Shown: positions 14,272-28,331 of the stretch, piece after piece
Layout: every line of letters begins with the position of its first letter
Position numbering within the stretch: the first letter of the stretch is position 1
Origin: the human T2T-CHM13v2.0 reference genome, Homo sapiens
Assembly: GCA_009914755.4 (NCBI GenBank)
Contig: CP068257.2
Coordinates: 22,336,001-22,400,000 of the forward strand
Direction: 5' to 3'
DNA: 64,000 bases
Translations under genes and position numbers: made by a program
The notes under the pieces: generated by a model
What the model saw: only the letters and a program-made list of their open reading frames with translations
Databases searched by the model: none
Told to the model about the DNA's origin: nothing

Positions 14272-14568
14272 GGTTTGTTTTTTGAGACGGGGTCTCACTC
14301 TTACCCAGGCTGGAGTGCAGTGGCATGATCTTGGCTCACTGCAACCTCTGCCTCCTGGTACTCGAGCAATCCTTCCACCTCAGCCTTGTGGGTAGCTGGG
14401 ACTACAGGTGCTTGCCACCATGCCCAGCTAATTTTTTGTGTTTTCTGGTGGAGACAGGGTTTCACCATGTTGCCCATGCTGGTCTCAAACTCCTGAACTC
14501 AAGTGATCTTTCTACCTTGGCCTCCCAAAGTGCTGCTATTACAGGCATTAGCCACCACGTACAGCCTC
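14272..14568 (-). mobile_element. Alu SINE, minus orientation, with an 11-bp TSD
   Basis: 'ttttttgagacggggtctcactcttacccaggctggagtgcagtggcatgatcttggctcactgcaacc...ctattacaggcattagccaccacgtacagcc'. TSD 'attttcacatt' at 14261-14271 and 14569-14579. Confidence 0.85.
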
Positions 14569-14640
14569 ATTTTCACATTTTAAATATTCAACAATAAAAA
14601 CATAATATCAACTTTTATTTAAATTTGCCATACTGACTTA

Positions 14641-14844
<204 letters not shown>

Positions 14845-16457
14845 TTAAACAGAAAAGAAAATAAATTACCTTCCCTCAATTATAGAAGTAGGATTTCTGA
14901 ACTATGTATTTAGGAACTGCTACATGTTGATATTTCTTGCAGGAGTAAGACAATGTTCAAAATCTGGGAAAGTCAAATGTAGTTAGCAGCTTGTAATAGT
15001 GACTAAACTTTCATACAATTCTGAGTGTAAAGGCAGAAAGGGCTTTAGATTTTATGTCAATATGTTAAGGTATAGAGTGAGTATAATCTCTAACATTTAT
15101 TCATTTAAATTTAACTATTTTAACACACATGCACACACACACACAATTCAGTAAACACATACTAGAAAATTAGAAATGGAAAGAAAAGATGGATTAGATA
15201 AAGTAATAAACTATATACTATCAATAAATGTGAGAAACATTAAAAGTGAATGATCAAGTATGTGGGTTATTGTATAAGGAGGGGTCTGGCTGAGGCTCCT
15301 GTTTTGCAGTTTGAGTGACTGGGAAACAGTGATATCTCTATTATGATTATTAGACCAAGGTAATGGAAAAATATCTGCAGACTGAGTACAATTAAGAGAT
15401 TTTACCTCTTTCAGCTCTCACAAGATATTCCAGTGATCAAAAGCAACAATAGATACAGTCCTTTGTCTATGTTCAGTGTTAATAAAATGACCAGATTTTT
15501 GTTCATCCAATGTTGGAGGTTGCAGGCTGAATTTTGCATTAGGAAGATTATTGAGAGGAAGAAAAAGGGACAGTCTTTTCATTTTTCAAAAGTAAGAAAA
15601 AATGATGAAGGCTGAGAAATCTTGAACCAAGTTGTCCTACTACACCAAACGGTCCCCAGGTATACACTTCTTTGAATTAGAATATTTCAGTGAATATAGA
15701 AGTAAAATGTGTGATTTTCTCCAGGCACAATACTTGCTCCAGAGAATAGAGTTGGGCTAGAAAGATATAAATCAACTTGGTTGTCTGTGAAATACATTTC
15801 TGCATAAATTATCACCAACTAAAAGCTTAGCCATAATTTGTCACAATTCCATTTGGAGGAATTCAGAATTTGCCTTGATTGTTTATATATAGTTTTATAT
15901 ATAATTATGCTATATTTGTCACGGCTAAGAAATCAGAATTGATACATTACTCTAAACTAAACATGATGCTATATTCAAATTTTCCTAGCTTTTCCACCAA
16001 TATTTTTTCCTGTTCCATTATTCATTCCAGGATATCACATTGCATTTATTTTTTCATGTCCCCTTTGTCTCCTGTGGTCTGTGATCGTTTCTCTGTGTTT
16101 TCTTTCTTCTTTTTGACTACCTTGACAAGTTTTGAAGACTAATGGACAGATGTGTCGTTCCTTACCTTGGACTTAACTGATGGCTTTCTCATTTTTAGAC
16201 AAGAGTTATGGATTTGGAGGGAAGAATACCATGGAGATCAGTGTCCTTCTTCCCACATCTATCAGTAGGTATGTGGCATCAACATGATGTTATTAGTGAT
16301 GTCAGCCTTGAACATTTGGTTTAGATACTGTCTGCCAGATTTCTCCAAATAAAGTTAAATTTTTATCCTTTCCACATCATATTTTTTGATACGAAAATCA
16401 TTATGTCTTGCTGAAATTCAAGGGTGAAAATTTAGCCCCACCTCCTGGAGTGGGAGT

Positions 16458-16535
16458 ATCTATCTATCGATCATCTATCATCTATTCATCTATTTATTTA
16501 TCTATTATCTATCTATCTACTTATCTATCTTAGTT
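16458..16535. repeat. (TCTA)n-type degenerate tetranucleotide microsatellite
   Basis: 'atctatctatcgatcatctatcatctattcatctatttatttatctattatctatctatctacttatctatct'. Confidence 0.8.
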
Positions 16536-16734
16536 TTATCAGGCTGTCATAACGAAATAGCACAGATTGTGTGTCTTAAACCACATAAATTAGTTTTATC
16601 ACAGTTCTGGATGCTGGGAGTCCCAGATCAATGTGCACGCAGGTTCAGTCTTCCCTGAGGCCTCCCTTCCTGGCCTGCAGATGGCTGCCCTCTGGCTGTC
16701 TCTTCTGAGGGTTGTCCCTCTGTGTGCAAGCACT

Positions 16735-16772
<38 letters not shown>

Positions 16773-16950
16773 AATCTCTTCTTTTTAAAAGGATACTAGT
16801 CAGATTGAATTAAAGCCCACCCTAATGGCCTCACTTTAACTTAATCACCTTTGTAGAAAGAAGCCCTATCTCAAAATATAGTCACATCTGGGGTAATGGG
16901 ATTACGGCTTGAGCACATGAATTTTTGGAAATCTCAATACAGTCCATAAT
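16535..16950 (-). mobile_element. MLT1-type MaLR LTR, minus orientation, carrying an internal (CT)16 microsatellite at 16741-16772
   Basis: 'tagttttatcaggctgtcataacgaaatagcacagattg...tcacagttctggatgctgggagtcccagatcaatgtgcacgcaggttcagtcttccctgagg...aaagcccaccctaatggcctcactttaacttaatcacctttgtagaaagaagccctatctcaaaatatagtcacatctggggtaatgggattacggcttgagcacatgaatttttgg' is the reverse complement of the MLT1 consensus. Confidence 0.6.
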
Positions 16951-19545
16951 ATGATCTTTCAATTAGCTGTAATTCTTCTGTAAGAAAGAGTTTCTCCTTC
17001 TCCTCTACTTATTCATCATTTATTTACATTAGCATGGACTCAATTATTTTACACTTTGGGTTATAGTTCAATGCTACATTATTTATCTTGTTGATCACAT
17101 TTTTTCCAGCTTCAGATGTCAGGGGTGTGTCCACATTGGCCCTGGGGTTCCCTTGACAAGCCTGCATCTTTTCCAAAAAATGTGTTGAGCACTTCTTTAC
17201 TTTCTGATACTTGAATTGGTGATTTCTTCATATCAACTTGCGCTACTCCAAATACTGAACAGTGAAAGAAGTAATGTATGTTAATTATACACATGTTTCA
17301 TTGACCAAAGCCAGTCACATTCCTTCAAGGAATGTGATATGATGGAAGGTTAAGCAAGTATGATGGAGGACTAAGGTAGCTATTCATGTTTCTGAGATAA
17401 AAGAAACACAATTATAAATATATTGTACTGAGAAATATGAATTCTATTTTTGTTTGTTTTTCTTCTGGTTACTTTTTAATATTTGTAACTTCTTTGAGGC
17501 AACAATGTTCTTACTTTTTAAAGAACATTTTTTAATGAGTTTTCCAAATGACCTTTAACGTAATAATTATTTGATTATTTACCTTTTAAAAACTTCATTT
17601 TAGTTTTTACTATCTTTGCCAAGGTTTTGGGGCAGTTGCTTGCAACTAAAACAAGAATTGTGAATAGCTTTAGATAATGGTTTTGAAAACATGTCTAGAA
17701 TATATGAATCGATTGCTAACTGACAGCAAAGATTATGGTTCTCAATAATAGTATCATAAAAATTAAGATAAAGGTTGAATCATTTTTATGGTTCCATGAA
17801 TTAAAATTATACTGGAATGATAGGAGACATACATCATTAGTGACTTTGCCATGAACAGAGTTTTAGCATTAAGATGTTAATAGGAATTATGTAGAGGAAA
17901 AGAAGGCTTTGTGGTCAAATAAGTGGGAAATTCTAGGTAAAATGAAGTAAGCAAGTTTATTTACTGTTGGATTTCTCAAGACTTCCATTAAACTAAATGT
18001 GTTTTATGCATTTTATGAAAAACATTTGTATACAATATTTGCCAAAGTATTTGAATGTATGGTTAGTCTTCATCCAGAAAAAGCAAAACCAAAAACAAAG
18101 GTTTATAATATAGGGAGTATATTTCGTAGGTCACCCCAGAGAACAGGAATTGGGAACAGAGAATGAAAAAAATAAAATACAAAGTTTAGTTATCAAGTTG
18201 GTTACTAATATGGTTGGCTAATGTTGATCTCACCTGTGACCTTTTAAGAAATAATATTAAATGTATCTTAGAACTGACTGCTAGCAGCATGAAACAAGAA
18301 AGATTTGTCCACCAATATATATCCCTATTAGATCAATGATGACTCTATTGGGGTAACTCTTTTGAACAGCCGGGTTCACATATTTGGATGTCAGAGTGCT
18401 TCCTAAAAGCAGTCTCTATTTGTTATGTCAGATAAGTCCTTGGGTGAAAAATAGAGGTAGAAGGTCTAGGTCTAAGTGAAAACTGATAAGGTGCACCAGT
18501 GTAAAAATAGTTAAAGCCTACTCAGAATTGGTTGCTGAATCAAAGCTAAACATGATCAGATAAAAGTTAGAACACAGGGAATTGATACATTGAAGGACAT
18601 GTTCCCTGTGCAAACCTAGCACCCTGTAGGATGAAGGTCACCACTTTTGGAAAATCTAATTTCAATAATCTGTAGTAAAATATATATTCTTTGGAGAAAG
18701 CTGTAGGAGAATACGCTTTGAGAGTCAACTTAATTTTCTCATGATGGTTAAATTTATTTAAGTAAATCTTATAATTAACACACCATGTAAGTAAAAACAC
18801 TAATAAAACATAATGAAAATATTGTTAATAATAATCATAACTTTAAAAAATGTTATTAAGGACAGTATATTGAATACCTTCATCTTTACTCAAATTTAGA
18901 AATATTTTTTCATATATTTAAATGTGATACTAATGATGAATGATCAAGATGAGTTAATGAAGCAAATAAGTCTTACAAAAATATATAATGAATCTCAGTA
19001 ATGATGAATCTTCATAGAATTTGCAAGAATAAAAAGATATAAATAAAGTTCTAATTTGGCCTCTGGATGCAGTGAATTGTCATAAACTTTAACGGAGCCA
19101 TTGCATTATAAAATGACAAAATATTAGTTCTTTAAATGTATGTGTATGTACATATGTATATATGTTTGTATGTAAATACATGTGTACATAGACACAAACA
19201 CACATTCATTTCTTAGAAATAAACTTATTTGCTATAAGCAAATTCTATAGTAACTTTTTGTTTACTCATTGAGAACACATTCATGATATATAATGGGAGT
19301 ATTATTACTTTCATAGGCGTAATATCTGTACCTCCATTAAAAGCAAAACTACAAAAAGCCATTTAACAATACAAGTTGTTGTTCACAATGATAAACATCT
19401 ATCAAGCAATCAGACTATCGAGGTTACTTCAAAAATATGAAAAAAGAAACATCAAAAAGGAAAAGCAATTTAGAAATGAAAGGGAATGAAAAGCTAAAAT
19501 ACTGAGTTCTAATCCCCTGGAATATGCAGGGGTTTGTGCCTTTAT

Positions 19546-19580
19546 GGGTTTGTTGTTGTTGTTGTTGTTGTTGTTGTTTT
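19546..19580. repeat. (GTT)n microsatellite
   Basis: 'tgttgttgttgttgttgttgttgttgtt'. Confidence 0.8.
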
Positions 19581-19585
19581 TGCTT

Positions 19586-19876
19586 TTGTTTTTTTTGAGA
19601 TGGAGTCTCGCTCTGTCTCCCAGGCTGGAGTGCAGTGGCGCAATCTCAGCTCACTGCAACCTCCACCTACCAGGTTCAGCCATTCTCCTGCCTCAGCCTC
19701 CCGAGTAGCTGGGATTACAGGCACCTGCCACCACGCACAGCTAATTTTTTGTATTTTTAGTAGAGATGGGGTTTCCCCGTGTTAGCCAGGATGGTCTCGA
19801 TCTCCTGACCTCGTGATCCGCCCGCCTCAGCCTCCCAAAGTGCTGGGATTACAGGCGTGAGCCACCGCGCCTGGCC
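19586..19876 (-). mobile_element. Alu SINE, minus orientation
   Basis: 'ttttttttgagatggagtctcgctctgtctcccaggctggagtgcagtggcgcaatctcagctcactgcaacctccacc...gattacaggcgtgagccaccgcgcctggcc'. Confidence 0.9.
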
Positions 19877-20923
19877 ACGAGTAAGTTTTATTGGCTTCCT
19901 GAACCCCTGTTTTCATAAACTAGATTTTGAAAAATACTGTATCTCTATTGAGCTGATGTAAATATTAAATGTGAAAGACATGCAAAATTTCCTAGCATAG
20001 AAAAGATATATTCCTGATCTTCAATGCATATTGTGTTTTATCCTGACAATAAAGATTACAGATACTGATATAAGTAAGCACACCAACATAAGGCATTTGA
20101 TAGTGCCTGACACAAAGTACAGACCCAATGTATTTTCTCTGAGTACATTTATGAATGAATGAACATACTCTTATGTATCCCCTAATGATTTCATCTAATT
20201 CCGTGATTGTGTCACCTAATGCAGGTTAACCTAGGTTATAAGAATATTTTCTACTCCATTGCTTGTGTCCATGGACACAAAGGGAAAAATTTACGTAGCA
20301 ATCATTTAGTTACTTTGACTTACCAAACAGTCCACATGGATTGGATAATTCTTCAACAAATAAGTAAATTGATATTACCCTAAAGCTAATGAAACATAAA
20401 CTATTTTTTTGAAACGTATCATCTACTTCAGGGTGCTTATAGAGTGTTCATCAGCTTCTCACTGTAAATAAATATATAATCTGTGTTGCTGGAGGATGAG
20501 ATTTCTATTGTAAAAAAGTTTGGAGAGGCATTCTGGGAAAATATATGGTGAAATCAATTGAAACATTCCCCAAACCTGGCCCCTTCTCCAAATCAAAATG
20601 GATAGTACAACTAGAGCAGCAAAACCAAAACCATAGAACATGTACAATAAAAACAGGTGACACATTGCTCCCTCAAACCTTTACGTATGAGTGGGGACTG
20701 ACAAACTAATGGCAACTAAATGGTTGGATGACTATTAAAATTATGCAGAAGATACAGAGGTAAACAACAACGTGTCTATCCACACCTGAGAAGCTCAGAA
20801 TGGCCAACAGATACTGTCTTGAAACCTCAGCAGAAAAATTTGAGAAGAGCGCTTGAAACTGGAGGGGAAGAGTATTTCTATATGCTACAGGATCAGGTGA
20901 AGGAAAAGAAAAAGTCTCATTTT

Positions 20924-21222
20924 AGCTAGGTGCGGTAGCTTGCCCCTGTAATCCCAGCACTTTGAGAGGCCGAGGTGGGAGGATTACCTGAGGTCAGGAG
21001 CTCAAGACCAGTCTGGCCAACACGGTGAAAACTTGTCTCTACTAAAAATACAAAAATTAGCTGAGTGTGGCGGTAGGCACCTGTAATCCCAGCCACTCAG
21101 GGGTCGGAGGCAGGAGAATTGCTTGAACCCAGGAGGCAGAGGTTTCAGTGAGCTGAGTTCATGCCACTGCACTCCAGACTGGATGACAGAGGAAGATCCT
21201 GTCTCAAAAAACAAAAAAAAAA
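20924..21222 (+). mobile_element. Alu SINE, plus orientation
   Basis: 'tagctaggtgcggtagcttgcccctgtaatcccagcactttgagaggccgaggtgggagg...gccactgcactccagactggatgacagaggaagatcctgtctcaaaaaacaaaaaaaaaag'. Flanks 'aagtctcatttt' and 'aagtttcatttt' look like a TSD. Confidence 0.85.
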
Positions 21223-21732
21223 GTTTCATTTTTTAGATCAAGAAAGAATGGAATGCCAAACTCTCTTCCAGGACAAAGTCTGATACACAAGATAAACTTC
21301 TAAGGATGAAATTAAAATGGAGCAGAACACAATAAAATGAACATGATGAAGAGCTACAGGAATATACAGGAAGCAAGATTCTGAATGTTTTATCATTTCA
21401 TTAAGACAAACTAAGGGGTTTTCTTAAGATGTGAAGTCACTAAAGAAATTTTGAACCACTGCTCCTCTTTGTATGTACAGGAAAACCATTTTACATAAGA
21501 ACGAGTAACAGGAGTCAAGATAAATTTCATATGAAGCAATTATAACAGAAAAAAACACAATAACCTTCCTACAGACAACAAATGCATGCTAGAAAGACAT
21601 GCCAAAAACAGATGAGAACTGTGTTTCAAAACTGCCTAAAATAATTACACAAATATATATAAAAGGCATACCTTTACAACCCAGAAATGAGAGAACAGAA
21701 CTCAGAAAAACTAAAAATTACAGAAATGTCAA

Positions 21733-22050
21733 GGTCAGGCATGTTGGCTCACACTTGTAATCCCAGCACTTTGGGTGGGAGGTGAAGGCAGGAGGACAGC
21801 TTGAGGTCAGGAGTTTGAGACCAGCTTGGGCTACATAGGAAGAACCCCATTTGTACAAAAAAAAAAAAAACAAACAAACAAATTAAAAATTAGCTAAGCA
21901 TAGTGGCATGCCCTTGTGGTCCAACATATTCTGGAGGCTGAGGTAGGAAGAAAGCTTGAGCCCAGGAGTTCAAGGCTGCAGTGAGTTATGATGACGCTAC
22001 TGTACTCCACCCTAGGCAACAGAGCAAGACCCTGTCTCAAAAACAAAAAA
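21733..22050 (+). mobile_element. Alu SINE (older, J-like), plus orientation
   Basis: 'ggtcaggcatgttggctcacacttgtaatcccagcactttgggtgggaggtgaaggcagg...ctgtactccaccctaggcaacagagcaagaccctgtctcaaaaacaaaaaaa'. Confidence 0.85.
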
Positions 22051-22583
22051 ATTTAAAATCAGAATTGAAGACAAAAATAAAAGAAGAGATAAGAAAAAAG
22101 ACAACAAGGAATAAACAAATCAGATAATGCCCATGAGAAATGGCTAACGTGAAAAAATGTCCAAAAGAAATGGAGATAAGTGTGAAAATAAGTTGAGATC
22201 AACATAGAACCTAGTCAATGAAGATTCAGTCCATGTAAAATAGGTACTGCTGAAGAGCACCAAGGAAAGAGAAGAATATAAATGCTAAAAATGTTAACTA
22301 ACAAAAATTACCTTGAAAAGTAAAAGATCAGTCAGTAAAGGAAAATGTCAGTCAGTAGAAATTCATGAGGATTTATATTATATTTATATTTCCTAGCTTA
22401 GTCCGCTGGATATACCTAAAGCAATGGCCCATCCTAGTATCTAGATTAAGGTATCAGAATCTTGTTTCCACTAAGCCAAATGAATTGAAAAATTGTCTGC
22501 TTCAATGTGGATATAGATTGGCCACAGATGAAAAATGTTGACACTGAAGTGGGTAATAAGTGTAATAAATAAAGCCGCATCAG

Positions 22584-22987
<404 letters not shown>

Positions 22988-24449
22988 TCAAAGTTGGTAA
23001 ATAAGGGAAAGAATCTACCATTTATTCTGCCTTTCCTATATTAACTGTGTCACTGAATGAGACATAGGCAAAATAAAACACTTTTAAAAGATATATTTTA
23101 GTCCTGTGAAGAAGTTTAGTGGAGAAGAAACTTTGGAATTAGGATAATGCTATTTTTGCAACCACTAATGAACGAAGTGAGAATCTGTGGCTGCTAATAT
23201 TACAAAATGAGAGACAATCAAATATCATATTATTCCTAATTGAAACAATCACATTACATTAAAATCTAACACACTGATTTTATGGGATAGTTCTGCTGTA
23301 TGCTATAGATAGAATAACTATAAAAAGCTCCTTTAATTTGCATCACTTATTCCCAATAATTATGCATGATTCCTTCTGATCTTCCCATATGGAATCAATT
23401 GCTTTTGCTATATATTAACCATATACAGTCTTTTTCTCTAGGACTCTAGAGGATACATATTCTAATGAGATTCAGTAAGTTTTAGAGGCAACGTAATCCA
23501 AGCATATGCAGAGAACAATTCATTTTCTCTATTTTAAGGTCCACAATTAACTTTAATGAGTATTTTTTCATTGTCCTTGGAGAACCTACCTGTCAGGTCA
23601 CCTTATGTGAGGGGGTGATTCAATAGGAGGTTCTTTGGGTACTTCAGTTACCAGATTCCTAATGTTACAATCTAACTTCTACTAGATATTGGAAAGGCTT
23701 CCCTGCATTTTATACACTCAATACTGAGTGCATTGGGTAGACCAGCATAGGAACTTCAGTGAATTCCTTTTGTTTACATCAATAATTATTATTCAGTTTC
23801 AACTTGAGAATAAAGTAAAGCCGAGAAAGAGATTCGTAAGGCCTTTGTAAACCCTTCTTAAATAAGCCTAGCTATAGGCATCATTAAATACTGACTAACC
23901 CAGTTGTACTTATAAAGGCTTAGCTCATTTAATTGTACTTTGCATATATTGTGTTATTTACAAATTGAAGGTTTCTGACAACTGTTTCTCAAGCAAGTCT
24001 ATTGGCATCATTTTTCCAACAGTATATGCTCACTTCCTGCCTCTGTGTCACAGTTTGGAAATTCTTACAATATGTTAAACTTTTTCACTATTAAATCTGT
24101 TATGGTGATCTGTGATCAGTGATCTTTGATGTTATGTTACAATTGTTTTGGGGCACCACAAACTGTGCCCATATAAGACCACAAATGTAATCAAGAAATG
24201 TGGTGTGTGTTCTAATTGCTCCACTGACTAGCAGTGTTTCCTTATCTGTGTGTGTTTTTGGGTGTGGTAGGGAAAGGGAAGTGATATTGAGCATAGATAA
24301 TTGCAAGTCCAAATACTCGGTTGCAAAGGTTATCTAGAGCTTTGGGAATTCTGAAGCAAGACAATCTGAATCAAACCCATTTGAAAGGTGTTGAAAGAAA
24401 GAAAAATAGAAAGTTTGTCTTTCAGACTTACCCTCAACATGCCAGCACA

Positions 24450-24612
24450 AATTCTGTCTTCTCTGCTGCCATATAAGATATGACCTGCTCCTCCTTGTCT
24501 TCTACCATCGTTGTAAGTCCTCCCCAGCCACATGAAACTGTGAGTCCATTAAACCTCTCTCTTTATAAATTACCCATTATCAGGTATGTCTTTATTAGCA
24601 GTGTGAAGAAAA
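24450..24612 (+). mobile_element. MaLR (MST/THE1-like) LTR fragment, 3' part only
   Basis: 'tctgctgccatataagatatgacctgctcctccttgtcttctaccatcgttgtaagtcctccccagccacatgaaactgtgagtccattaaacctctctctttataaattacccattatcaggtatgtctttattagcagtgtgaag'. Confidence 0.6.
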
Positions 24613-25102
24613 AAAGAGTGAGGGAAAAATAGTAACAGGGATTTTCTCTTGCTTTTCTAGGTTTCCCAATCCAGATACACTGGTTCACTCTTGGCATTCT
24701 GGAAGCAGGGATGCCACTCCCACAATACCTGGGGTGGAATAGGTCACCTATTGAAAAATAAGAACAAAAACAAAAAACAAGAAATCATATGAAGATTCTC
24801 TCCACACTCACTAGTTTGCAGGACGCCTTTTCCTCCAGTGCTCTCACCAGAAATTCAGGCTGTCTTTGGAGTTTTTGTTAAGTGTGCCTGCTATGTAGTT
24901 GATCCATTTAGCCAGTCCCAGTCTCCTCTGCAAATCCAGGACATAAAATAAGAAAAAGGCCAAAGAAAGCTGATAATCACTATATAGTGGTTCTTCAAGT
25001 TTAAACTTCTTCAACTGCAGATATTATTTACACTTCAAATACTCAAGTAGTTGCTTTTGTATTTTGTCCGGTCTTTTTAGTTGTAATCTACAGAGGAGAT
25101 AT

Positions 25103-27332
25103 TGTATTAGTCTGTTCTCATGCCACTAAGAAAGACATACCTGAGACTGCATAATTTATAAAGGAAAGAGAGGTTTAATGGACTTACAGTTCCACATGGC
25201 TGGGGAGGCCTCACAATCATGGTGGAAGAAGGAGGGGTAAAGGTACATCTTACATGGTAGCAGGCAAAATAGTGTGCGCAGGGGAACTGCCCTTTATAAA
25301 ACCATTGGATCCCATGAGACTTATTTACTATCATGAGAACAGCAAGAGAAAGTTCTGCCCTCATGATTCATTTACCTCCCACTGGGCCCCTCCCATGACA
25401 GGTGGGGATTATGGTTGCTACAATTCAAGATGAGATTTGGGTGAGGACACAGACAAACCATATTATTTTGCCCTTGGCACCTTCAAAATCTTATGTCCTC
25501 ACATTTCAAAACCAACCATGCCTTCCCAACAGTCCTCCCAAATCTTAACTCATTTCAGCATTTCAAAAGTCCACAGTCTAAAGTCTCATCTGAGACAAGG
25601 CAAGTCCCTTCCACCTATGAGCCTGTAAAATCGAAAGCAAGTTAGTTACTTCCTAGTTACAATGTGGGTACAGGCATTGGGTAAATGCAGCCATTCCAAA
25701 TGGGAGAAATTGGCCAAAACAAAGGGGCTACAGGCCCCATGAATGTCTGAAATCCAGTGGGCCATCAAATCTTAAAGCTCCAAAATGATCTCCTTTGACT
25801 CCATGGCTCATAACTAGGTCACGCTGATGTAAGAGATGGGTTCCTATGGTCTTTGGCAGCTCCACCCCTGTTGCTTTACAGAGTACAGCCTCCCTCCCAG
25901 CTGCTTTCTTGAGTGTTTGAGGCTTTTCCAGGTGCACAATGCAAGCTGTCAGTCAATCTACTATTCTGGGGTCTGGAGGATGGTGGGCTTTTTCTCACAG
26001 TTCTACTAGGTAGTGCCCACATAGGGACTCTGTGTGGGGACTCCCGTTCCACATTTCCCTTCCATGCTGCCCTAGCAGAGGTTCTCCATGAGGGCTCTGC
26101 CCCTGTGGTGCACTTCTGCCTAGGCATCCAGGTGTTTCCATACATCCTCTGAAATCTAGGTGGAGATTCCCAAACCTCAATTCTTGATTTCTGTGTATGT
26201 GCAGGCCCAACACCATGTGTAAAATGTCAAGACTTGGGGCTTGCATCCTCTGAAGCAATGGCCTGAGCTGTGCGTCGTTGGCCTCTTTTAGCCATGGCTG
26301 GGATGTAGGGCACCAAGTCCCAGGCATGTACACAGCAAGGCAGGCCCTGAGTCCAGCCCATGAAACCATTTTTTGCTCCTAGGTCTCCAGGCCTGTGATG
26401 GTAGAAGCTGCTATGAAGACCTCTGACATGCGCTGGAGGCATTTTCCCTATTGTCTTGGCAATTAACATTTGGGTCCTTATTACTTATGCAAATTTCTAC
26501 AGCAGGCTTGAATTTGTCCCCAGAATTTCTTTTTTTTTGTATTTCATTGTCAGCCTGCAAATTTTCCAAACATTTATGTACTGCTTCCTCTTGAACTCTT
26601 CACCGGTTAGAAATTTCTTTTACTAGATACCCTAAATCATCTCTCTCAAGTTCAAAGTTCCACATATCTCTAGGGCAGGGACAAAATCCTGCCAGTCTCT
26701 TTGCATAGCTATAGTGACCTTTACTCCCATTCTCAACAAGTTCCTCATCTGCATCTGAGACCACCTCAGCCTGGACTTTATTGTCCATATCAATATTAGT
26801 ATTTTGGTCAAAGCCATTCAAGAAGTCTCCAGGAAGTTTCAAATGTTCCCATATCTTCCTATCTTCTTCTGAGCTCTCCACACTGTTCCAACTTTGACTA
26901 TTACCCAGTTCCAAAATCACTTCCACATTTTGGTATCTTTACAGCAGCCCTCCACCACCTGGTACCAATTTATTGTATTTGTCCTCATGCTACTAATAAA
27001 GACATACCCGAGATTGGGTAGTTTATAAAGAAAAGAGAGGTTTAGTGGACTCAGAGTTCCACGTGGCTGGGGAGGCCTCACAATCATGGCAGAATGAGAA
27101 GGAGGAGCAAAGACACATCTTACATGGTGGTAGGCAAGAGAGCGTGTGTAGGGGAAATGCCCTTTATAAAACCATTAGGTCTCATGAGACTTATTCACTA
27201 TCACAAAAACAGCATGGGAAAAACCCATCCCCATGATTCAATTACCTCCCATTGGCTTCCCATGACAGGTGGGGATTATGGGAGCTACAATTCAAGATGA
27301 GATTTGGGTAGAGACAAAGCCAAACCATATCA
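25103..27332 (-). mobile_element. THE1/MST-class MaLR retrotransposon (number 2), full length, minus orientation
   Basis: On the plus strand the left LTR is about 25103-25462 ('tgtattagtctgttctcatgccactaagaaagacatacctgagactgcataatttataaaggaaagagaggtttaatggacttacagttccacatggctggggaggcctcacaatcatgg...ttcaagatgagatttgggtgaggacacagacaaaccatat'). Internal region about 25463-26973 is the reverse complement of THE1-int. Right LTR about 26974-27332. Flanking 5-mers 'gatat' and 'gatac' are a near-identical TSD. Confidence 0.85.
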
Positions 27333-27439
27333 GATACCTTCAGTGAACTTACTCTGTGTTAGAGAAAACTAGAATTCATACTAAGGCTTTTTGTTTGCAA
27401 CCATGCATTTAAAAGTATAAATCGTAAATTTATGTCTTA

Positions 27440-27520
27440 TTTGTATTTATTAATTTGTGTGTATGTGTGTTTGTATGTGTTTATGTGTGTATATATATAT
27501 ATATAAATCATATATATATT
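27440..27520. repeat. Compound (TG)n/(TA)n low-complexity microsatellite
   Basis: 'tttgtgtgtatgtgtgtttgtatgtgtttatgtgtgtatatatatatataaatcatatatatatt'. Confidence 0.7.
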
Positions 27521-27916
27521 CCATAGCATTTATCACTATGTGAGGTGAAAATATACATTTTTATTTTCTCATGTTCTCTTTCTCTAATTCAACATCCATC
27601 ACCTAGATTAATGATTTGTAATTTTTTTTTCTGTAAAGGGCCTAAAAGTAAATGTTTTAGGCCTTGTAGGACATATTGTCTCTGTAGCATCTTCTCAGCT
27701 TTGCCATTGTATCTATCATGAAAGTAAATACAGACAATGAGTAAGCAAGTGAGCATGGCTGTGATCCAACTGTACTTACAAAAACAACTGGTGGGCAGAT
27801 TTTCCCTCTCAAACCATAGTTTGTCAACTTTGACCTGGAACATTTAACAGAATATAGTAGACATCTAGTAAATACATGCTAAATGAGAGTTCAAAACTTT
27901 AAAAAGTTAACTTAAA

Positions 27917-28178
<262 letters not shown>

Positions 28179-28284
28179 TTATATTCAGTGATTCCTTTGG
28201 CATTAATATAAATATGCCATTTTTATATAATGGAATCATTTAATATAATGGAACAATTTTATCCTTAGTTTGTCAACATAGTTA

Positions 28285-28286
<2 letters not shown>

Positions 28287-28329
<43 letters not shown>
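28287..28329. repeat. (GT)21 dinucleotide microsatellite
   Basis: Uninterrupted 'tgtgtg...' run. Confidence 0.9.

Positions 28330-28331
<2 letters not shown>

Noticed and set aside
16458-16772. CRISPR-like or otherwise regularly spaced repeat arrays
   Set aside because: Only microsatellites ((TCTA)n, (CT)n, (GT)n, (AT)n, (GAAA)n) with unit lengths of 2-10 bp. There are no 25-40 bp direct repeats with unique spacers, and this is eukaryotic DNA.
21225-22575. A-rich sequence around two Alus that resembles old LINE (L1M/L2) ORF2 sequence
   Set aside because: I could not align it convincingly to any consensus by eye, so I left it unannotated.
25995-26926. ORFs of 108-124 aa on the minus strand, with similar peptides at 8771-8992 and 41546-41800
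   Set aside because: All are translations of the THE1-int internal region, which is present three times in the window. MaLR internal regions are non-coding. The similarity between the peptides reflects the repeat family, not a gene family.
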